Origin: a virus
Lineage: Duplodnaviria; Caudoviricetes
Reading direction: 5' to 3' (one strand)
IMG/VR virus record: IMGVR_UViG_3300032320_001009
Span: 1-64,000 of that record
DNA length: 64,000 nucleotides
Below, in pieces: positions 58,348 to 64,000 of the stretch. Every line of letters starts with the position of its first letter. The first letter of the stretch is position 1. A model generated the notes under the pieces. That model worked only from the letters and a program-made list of their open reading frames with translations, had not been told where the DNA came from and did not search any database. Both the position numbers and the translations under genes were made by a program.

Positions 58348-58828
58348 ACTAGGACCAGCCTCACAAGAAGCGGTAGATACACTGCTTGGTCAGGGGTTTA
58401 CTTACCCACCTAAAGAAGACGTGTTCCCTGTTATGCCAAAGGAACTCACGACCCTAGATAGCGAAGAGTTAAGTGAGTTGTTTAGCACCCTAACTGCTTG
58501 GTCAAACTACGTTGCAACTCAGTTGTCTGCAGCACAGGTAGACGAACGTTCCTCAGATAGAGCCTTAGAAGTAACTTCGGCACGACTAATGGTTACTCGC
58601 ATGACACAGAAAGCAACTGGGGAAAGAATCACTGCCATTAAAGCAGAGGTTTCGATTGACCCAAAAGTTCTTAAACTGTCAGAAGATTTAGACAAAGCCT
58701 ACGCTTACCGAAAAATGATTGAAGCAATGTTTTACAACTTAGAGCGTGACACCGCTCTTGTTTCCCGTGAGTTAACAAGAAGAGCGTCAGATTTCCGTGC
58801 AAACCGAAAGGATAAGTTTTCATCATGA
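58337..58828 (+). CDS. hypothetical helical protein
   Basis: ATG 58337 with GGAG upstream; coiled-coil character. Confidence 0.6.
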   Translation: MTLRLGPASQEAVDTLLGQGFTYPPKEDVFPVMPKELTTLDSEELSELFSTLTAWSNYVATQLSAAQVDERSSDRALEVTSARLMVTRMTQKATGERITAIKAEVSIDPKVLKLSEDLDKAYAYRKMIEAMFYNLERDTALVSRELTRRASDFRANRKDKFSS

Positions 58829-59349
58829 TTATTGGTCTATCAGGATACGCACAGTCTGGCAAAGACACAGTTGCAGACGTTCTTGTCAAAGAGTATGGGT
58901 TTGAACGGGTTACTTTTGCAGACCCAATTCGTAAAATTCTTTACGCAATTGACCCTAAAATTAACGGTAACTCCTTGGTTGATTTAGTTGATGAGTACGG
59001 TTGGGACATTGCTAAGAAAAACCCTGAAGTTCGTGAAATGCTTCAACACCTTGGATATTCTGCTCGTGTACACATTTATCAAGACATTTGGATTATGGCT
59101 GCATTTAGTAAAATGCGTGAAGATAGCAATTACGTAATTACAGATGTAAGGTTTCAAAATGAAGCAGAGGTTATACAGAACCACGGAGGACATATCTGGA
59201 GAGTTCAAAGACCAGGAGTTGAAGCCGTAAACGCACATGTTTCCGAATGGGAAATGGATGACTACAACTTTGACAACATATTAGTAAATGATGGAAACCT
59301 TGAACAGTTAGAGTTCTTAGTCAAGAAAACGTATGACAAAACAATTTGA
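58825..59349 (+). CDS. deoxynucleoside monophosphate kinase
   Basis: IIGLSGYAQSGKDTVA, FADPIR, YVITDVRFQNE, HVSE. Confidence 0.9.
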   Translation: MIIGLSGYAQSGKDTVADVLVKEYGFERVTFADPIRKILYAIDPKINGNSLVDLVDEYGWDIAKKNPEVREMLQHLGYSARVHIYQDIWIMAAFSKMREDSNYVITDVRFQNEAEVIQNHGGHIWRVQRPGVEAVNAHVSEWEMDDYNFDNILVNDGNLEQLEFLVKKTYDKTI

Positions 59350-59902
59350 TGGCGGACTTGAGGTTGGTAAAGAAGTTTACTTAGGTATTGACCAATCATT
59401 AACTGGGTTTGCCATCGCTGCTGTACAGGCAGATGATTTGTCTAAGTACACCGCTTGGGTTTATAAATCCCCTTATTTTGGCGTTGAACGATTGCTAGAC
59501 ATACAAGAGTTTATGCGTGAGGTTATTTACGAATACGAAGTTCGTGGTGGCAAAATCCTAGATGTGGCAATGGAAGGCTCTGTACTGCAAAGTCCCGCAG
59601 CATTAAAGTTAGGTGAGTTAGCAGGAGCCGTTAAGTTAGAACTTCGTTTGCATAACCATTACCCACTACAAGTTCCTCCAATGACCTTAAAGAAGTTTGC
59701 TGCAGGTAAAGGCAACGCCAAAAAACAGGAGATGCTGCTCCAGATGTACAAGCGTTGGGGAGTTGAGTTCTCGGATGACAATGCTGCTGACTCCTATGCC
59801 TTAGCCCGTTTAATTGCTGGAAAGGGTATAGATGCCGTAGAAAAGGCGGTAATCAAGCAAATGTCTGACCCAAAGTACAGAGATGAGCCACGTTTAGGCT
59901 GA
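59333..59902 (+). CDS. ruvC: RuvC-like Holliday junction resolvase
   Basis: LGIDQSLTGFA, AMEG, PPMTLKKFAAGKGNAKKQEM, DNAADSYALA. Confidence 0.85.
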   Translation: MTKQFDGGLEVGKEVYLGIDQSLTGFAIAAVQADDLSKYTAWVYKSPYFGVERLLDIQEFMREVIYEYEVRGGKILDVAMEGSVLQSPAALKLGELAGAVKLELRLHNHYPLQVPPMTLKKFAAGKGNAKKQEMLLQMYKRWGVEFSDDNAADSYALARLIAGKGIDAVEKAVIKQMSDPKYRDEPRLG

Positions 59903-59927
59903 CGAAGCCTTGATTTATACCTACCTT
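59899..59927 (+). promoter_or_regulatory. putative promoter CTGACG-N17-TACCTT upstream of spoVS
   Basis: Near-consensus -35/-10 with 17-nt spacer in the intergenic gap. Confidence 0.4.
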
Positions 59928-59972
59928 TGTTGCAGGGATGGCATACAAAACGTAGCAAAGGAATACTAAATC

Positions 59973-60266
59973 GTGACCGAACTAGAAAACGCGGTATCTA
60001 AAGACGAACCGTTTCTAAGAGTATCAGCAGGAAGCAACCCACAATCCGTGGCTTCTGCTATTGCCCATGCTCTTTATGCAGACCATCAGGTTAAACTCCG
60101 TGCCGTAGGTGCAGGAGCCGTCAACCAAGCAGTCAAAGCCCTGGCAATTGCACGTGGGTACGTAGCCCCAAGAGGGTTAGACCTTACTTGCCGACCAGGA
60201 TTTACTACCATTGAGTCCCGCGATGGAGAAATCTCTGCCATCGTTTTTAGCATTCAAGCCAGTTAA
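59973..60266 (+). CDS. spoVS: SpoVS-family (Alba-like) nucleic-acid-binding protein
   Basis: LRVSAGSNPQSVASAIA, LRAVGAGAVNQAVKALAIARGYVAPRGLDL...PGF; closely follows the SpoVS consensus. Confidence 0.88.
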   Translation: MTELENAVSKDEPFLRVSAGSNPQSVASAIAHALYADHQVKLRAVGAGAVNQAVKALAIARGYVAPRGLDLTCRPGFTTIESRDGEISAIVFSIQAS

Positions 60267-60286
60267 AAGAAGGTATCCTTCTTTTA
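60264..60286. promoter_or_regulatory. perfect 10-bp inverted repeat (operator or bidirectional terminator)
   Basis: TAAAAGAAGG-TAT-CCTTCTTTTA. Confidence 0.4.
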
Positions 60287-60304
60287 GGGCACAAAGGAGT
60301 TCTA

Positions 60305-60715
60305 ATGTCAGATTACAGAAAGCAAGGACATGCTATGCGTCGTCGTGCAGGAGCAGCATCAAATCACATGGATGGTGCAGGAAAGAAAACTTCAGTTGAG
60401 ATTCCAAGCAACCTTGAAGCAATGATTTCAGGTGGCAGTGCTCGCATCGCCGTAGGCGAAATGCGTGGAACACTAATGCCTAAGAAGGGCACTCAGTCAG
60501 CAGACCCTGCTGTTATGGGAGCAAAGCCACGTCGTACACCAGTTAAGGTTGATGCAGGTTCAGCAGAACGCTTAAGTGCAAAGCACTCAATCACTGCAAA
60601 GATGCCAACAATTGACCCAGCAGCAGGTGCAACAATGGCAAATGCTCGTATTGTTCCTTCAACAATGGGTGCTCGTCAAGGATTTTCTGGTGGCGCATCC
60701 GATTCAATGCGATAA
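60305..60715 (+). CDS. hypothetical basic Ala/Gly/Met-rich protein
   Basis: SD AAAGGAG; highly expressed-type codons. Confidence 0.7.
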   Translation: MSDYRKQGHAMRRRAGAASNHMDGAGKKTSVEIPSNLEAMISGGSARIAVGEMRGTLMPKKGTQSADPAVMGAKPRRTPVKVDAGSAERLSAKHSITAKMPTIDPAAGATMANARIVPSTMGARQGFSGGASDSMR

Positions 60716-60718
60716 GCA

Positions 60719-60952
60719 ATGAACGGCAATCTCTCGTCAGCACAAAATCAAGGACAATCGATACAACCGTATCGTGGTGTTACTTCGCCACGTCCACTTG
60801 GTTCTACAAACATGTCTTCAGCACAAGCACGTACTGCTTGGGCAAATCAGAGTGACCCTTACGGAACTCCCACTCCTTTGTCTAAGCAGACTGCTGGCTC
60901 CTTCTATAATTGGGGCGACAACTCCCCTAATTACGGAGAATTTAAGAAATAA
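60719..60952 (+). CDS. hypothetical low-complexity protein
   Basis: 77-aa ORF, S/Q/N/P-rich. Confidence 0.55.
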   Translation: MNGNLSSAQNQGQSIQPYRGVTSPRPLGSTNMSSAQARTAWANQSDPYGTPTPLSKQTAGSFYNWGDNSPNYGEFKK

Positions 60953-61032
60953 TTAGTCGGCGAGTCTCTCTCGCGTTTCATCGCTACCTTCTGTAAGATT
61001 TCCTCAAGTAAATCCTTACAGGAGAGGTAGAG

Positions 61033-61305
61033 ATGGAATCATTAATTATGGAACAAGAAGCGTCAATTGAAGACTTCCAGAAACTTTTAGTTAGACTAAA
61101 CGACAGACCTGTTACCCCAAAGCACTGTAAATTTTCAAAGTGGCTCAACAGTTTACCTTCAGATAAAGCAGAAATTGTCCAAATAATGTTGGACTCTGAT
61201 TTAAGTCATGCCGAATTATGGCGAGAACTCGAAACAGTTATTACAACGCAGTTATGTAAAGACACAATGCGGACTCACAGACAAGGAACTTGTGCATGTC
61301 GTTAG
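61033..61305 (+). CDS. hypothetical protein, possible C-terminal HTH/Zn site
   Basis: SD GGAGAGG; CKF...HRQGTCACR. Confidence 0.55.
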   Translation: MESLIMEQEASIEDFQKLLVRLNDRPVTPKHCKFSKWLNSLPSDKAEIVQIMLDSDLSHAELWRELETVITTQLCKDTMRTHRQGTCACR

Positions 61306-62507
61306 ATAATAACTGGGAGGAACTTAAGAAGGCTGCAGAGCATTCTAAAGTCCGAGAACTTTTAGAGAAACAAGGGTTAGACCCAGATGACTTGGGTCGT
61401 ATTTCTAAGGTAAGCGTCTCTACATATCAAACAGTTACCAAAGATGAAGATGGTAACGCAACTGTTCACGACCTTGAAGGTTACAAGTATGTAATTCACC
61501 CTGCATGGGAAGGTTACGAGCCTTTACGTCAAGCAGACCCAGTACAGGTAAACCTTGGTTGGACACCTACTCGTCACGACAAAACAAAAACAAAACTTAA
61601 ATGTGCGGTAATTTTGCCTGACCCACAGATTGGTTATCGTCGTTACGAAGATGGAACACTAGACCCTTTCCACGATTTAGCAGCAATTGATGTTGCACTT
61701 CAGATTACTGCCTACGTTCAAGAAACGTATGGGGTTGATGACATCATTAATCTTGGAGATTTTCTTGATTTGCCAGAGCATTCTCGTTTTGCTCAGGAAC
61801 CTTCTTTTGCTAACACAACTCAGTTAGCCATTAACTACGGTTATGAGTTCTTAGCAAAACAACGAGCAATTGCACCCGATGCTCGTATTGCTCTACTAGA
61901 AGGTAACCACGACAATCGCCTTAGTCTGTATGCGTTTCGCAATGGACAGGCTTCTTACGGATTACGTAAGGCTGATAAGCCGTCAGGTGAACCAGTACTT
62001 AGCGTTCAAAACCTTTTGTGTTTAGAGGAGTTAAACGTTGAGTTTTACGACAAGTATCCTTCTTTAGACTCTCAAATTTGGCTGGGCAAATATCTACGTG
62101 CAATGCACGGAACTAAAGTGCGAAGCAATGGCTCAACCGCTGCTGCATACACAAATGACACACCCCACCTATCCACAATTTATGGACACATTCATCGTCA
62201 AGAGTTGCAGTACAGAACTACTTACGATGCTGATGGTCCAATTCGCAGTGTTGCTGTTTCTCCAGGATGTTTATGCCGTATTGATGGTGCAGTTCCATCC
62301 GTTAACTCAGGTGTAAGTTCTGATGGTAAACCAGGAAAACATTGGGAAAATTGGCAACAGGGTGTAGCAGTGGTTTGGTACAACGAAGAAACGGGACGTT
62401 TCGCGGTTGAATTAGTTCACATTATCGAAGGTGCTGCTTTGTATCAGGGACAAGAGTTTCTATACAATGAGCCTGTTTCTCCGACTCCGCCAAATCTCGT
62501 TGTGTAG
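61296..62507 (+). CDS. calcineurin-like metallophosphoesterase
   Basis: DPQ, NLGDFLD, EGNHD, AMHG, GHIHR motifs. Confidence 0.85.
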   Translation: MSLDNNWEELKKAAEHSKVRELLEKQGLDPDDLGRISKVSVSTYQTVTKDEDGNATVHDLEGYKYVIHPAWEGYEPLRQADPVQVNLGWTPTRHDKTKTKLKCAVILPDPQIGYRRYEDGTLDPFHDLAAIDVALQITAYVQETYGVDDIINLGDFLDLPEHSRFAQEPSFANTTQLAINYGYEFLAKQRAIAPDARIALLEGNHDNRLSLYAFRNGQASYGLRKADKPSGEPVLSVQNLLCLEELNVEFYDKYPSLDSQIWLGKYLRAMHGTKVRSNGSTAAAYTNDTPHLSTIYGHIHRQELQYRTTYDADGPIRSVAVSPGCLCRIDGAVPSVNSGVSSDGKPGKHWENWQQGVAVVWYNEETGRFAVELVHIIEGAALYQGQEFLYNEPVSPTPPNLVV

Positions 62508-62604
62508 TAACTGAGCCAGCCCAACCACATTTAACAGGGTTACATACCGCCTGAAAGCGGTTGTTACCAATTATTGCTATTGCAACGTAGTGCGTATGCC
62601 CCAT
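62422..62604 (-). CDS. small Zn-finger-like protein on the minus strand
   Basis: Strong minus-strand SD AAAGGAG upstream of the ATG; C-X4-CGW...H-C pattern; overlaps the 3' end of the phosphoesterase. Confidence 0.55.
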   Translation of the reverse strand: MGHTHYVAIAIIGNNRFQAVCNPVKCGWAGSVTTQRDLAESEKQAHCIETLVPDTKQHLR

Positions 62605-62657
62605 TTTGGTTCTCCTTTACCCTGACAAAACTTAGTCTACCCTAGAACATAGGGTGT

Positions 62658-63278
62658 ATGAGCGAGTCATTGAGCAACGAGCAATTAGCAGCCTACGTTA
62701 ACCACCCAGACAATTACGGTGCATCTGTCGGCTTTTCAAGCCGTGAACACGTTAAGGGTAAAGGGTTTATGACTGCATTTGACGGTGCAGAAAAGCCAAC
62801 TGCTATGCCTGTTAAAGCAGAGGACATCGCTAACTATCGTCAAGCACATCACCAACTTGCTTCTACACATGAAGGAGCAGTACACGGAGTTTGGAAGAAT
62901 CCAGCCACCCCAGGTGTAGCAGACCAAGATTTATCTGTACAAGTTAAGACCCCTAAAGAAGCACAAGAGATGGGTGTTGCTGAAAAGCAAAAAGCATCTT
63001 ATGGAATGCCAAAGACACGTGTTTCAGCACGTGGTCACAACATGGGTGGCGGTGGAGATGTTCTTTTGCATACCGCTGATTTGGGTAAGAACGACGTTGA
63101 CCCACGCTATCGTCCAGGTGCATTAGATACACCAGGCGAAGGAAGTTTTACTCGCAATCAGTACAAGAACAAAGACTGGGATAAAAAAGCGGGGATGTTA
63201 AACGGGAAACCAATTACATACGAGCACATTCTTCGTACAATAAATGAGAATCGCGTTAACCGTATGCGAGGTGAGTAA
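62658..63278 (+). CDS. hypothetical protein
   Basis: 206-aa ORF, preceded by the palindrome ACCCTA-GAACA-TAGGGT. Confidence 0.65.
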   Translation: MSESLSNEQLAAYVNHPDNYGASVGFSSREHVKGKGFMTAFDGAEKPTAMPVKAEDIANYRQAHHQLASTHEGAVHGVWKNPATPGVADQDLSVQVKTPKEAQEMGVAEKQKASYGMPKTRVSARGHNMGGGGDVLLHTADLGKNDVDPRYRPGALDTPGEGSFTRNQYKNKDWDKKAGMLNGKPITYEHILRTINENRVNRMRGE

Positions 63279-63808
63279 TGCCATCAAATAACATGAATCC
63301 AAGCCAGAACTGGCAAGCATTAGGTGCTGGCGGTTTATCTGGTTACAACAATCAAGGCGGTGTTGGTGGTCCTTCCGTCCGTTCAGATATGGACTTCATG
63401 CGTCTTGGTGTTGGTCGCGTTCCTTCTGCAGAGTATCCAGATGGTTACCTTGGAACTCTTACAACTCGTCGTCGTGACGACCGTCTTTTAGATTCTCTAA
63501 AGAACAATGTCAACAAAAAAGCGTATCAACGCGGAGTTCACAAAGGTGAACGTGTTGACCCATCCCAGTACTACTGGCCTCCAGAATTACAGCCCACCCG
63601 TGGATTAGCACGTCAAGCAAAGTCTAAGTTAGTGAATCACAACGGTGTGGCTGTCTTTTTATCTGACCGTTCAAAGCCAGAGGTTGAGTTAACTCCAGCC
63701 CCACACTTGGTAAACGACGGAAAAGCAAATCTCCGTGCTGATGAACCAGGTCAACTGTACGCAAAGCGTTCAGACAAATGGGCATCAATGCGTCCTGTTT
63801 GGAGATAA
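63278..63808 (+). CDS. hypothetical protein
   Basis: TAATG coupling; RVPSAEYPDGYLGT, YQRGVHKGER motifs. Confidence 0.65.
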   Translation: MPSNNMNPSQNWQALGAGGLSGYNNQGGVGGPSVRSDMDFMRLGVGRVPSAEYPDGYLGTLTTRRRDDRLLDSLKNNVNKKAYQRGVHKGERVDPSQYYWPPELQPTRGLARQAKSKLVNHNGVAVFLSDRSKPEVELTPAPHLVNDGKANLRADEPGQLYAKRSDKWASMRPVWR

Positions 63809-63809
63809 C

Positions 63810-64000
63810 GTGGACGGAGTAGAAAGAGAAAGATTTAGCCCACTGTGGTCACAACAGCAGATGGGAAAACACGTTGCTGAAATTCAACGTCGTTATGAAG
63901 GAGCGTCTAAAGAACAAAGAGAAGCAGGACATTCTTGGTACGCAAAAGCAAATGAAATTGCAACCAAGATAGGCAAAGGCGATGCTCGCAAAGGAGCAGG
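63810..64000 (+). CDS. 5' part of a truncated hypothetical protein
   Basis: GTG 63810 open to the window end (VDGVERERFSPLW...EQREAGHSWYAKANEIA...). Confidence 0.5.
   Translation, partial: MDGVERERFSPLWSQQQMGKHVAEIQRRYEGASKEQREAGHSWYAKANEIATKIGKGDARKGA

Noticed and set aside
1-64000. tRNA/tmRNA genes, inteins, group I introns/HNH endonucleases, integrase, diversity-generating retroelement
   Set aside because: Intergenic gaps are too short or show no cloverleaf. TerL, DnaB, PolA and RecA are contiguous and of normal size. No tyrosine/serine recombinase or reverse transcriptase motifs were seen.

Overview
A 64-kb segment of a tailed dsDNA phage genome with a contractile tail (myovirus type), almost entirely encoded on the + strand. 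The likely host is an actinobacterium: the phage carries WhiB, FmdB-like and MerR-like regulators and a leaderless TANNNT-N6-ATG start. GC is visibly lower than in Mycobacterium or Streptomyces, which is compatible with freshwater acI-type hosts (inference). Layout: (1) 1-9.5 kb head genes (KTSC protein, terminase large subunit, portal, scaffold, major capsid, adaptor); (2) 9.5-25.6 kb an unusually large accessory/decoration block with three Gly-Pro-Thr collagen-like fibre genes, two giant repeat/polyglycine proteins (864 and 1875 aa), a GT2-TPR glycosyltransferase and a string of tiny basic peptides; (3) 25.7-43.1 kb tail and baseplate genes (sheath, tube, chaperone with a candidate +1 frameshift, tape measure with M23 peptidase, hub, wedge, spike, a Cys-ladder protein module); (4) 43.1-60.3 kb replication/recombination genes (initiator with internal ori-like repeats, DnaC-like loader, DnaB, primase, SNF2 helicase, SSB, PolA, RecA, two resolvases, WhiB, Cas4-like nuclease, dNMP kinase, SpoVS); (5) 60.3-64 kb metallophosphoesterase and unknown genes. 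I saw no tRNA, rRNA, CRISPR array, integrase, intein or endolysin. Best candidates for undescribed biology are a collagen-fibre O-glycosylation module (GPT repeats plus GT2-TPR) with a blue-copper-type tip domain, a mirror-symmetric 18-Cys hairpin tail protein with Cys-rich partner genes, and several structured RNA elements. All annotations are by eye from motifs and synteny; no database searches were run.
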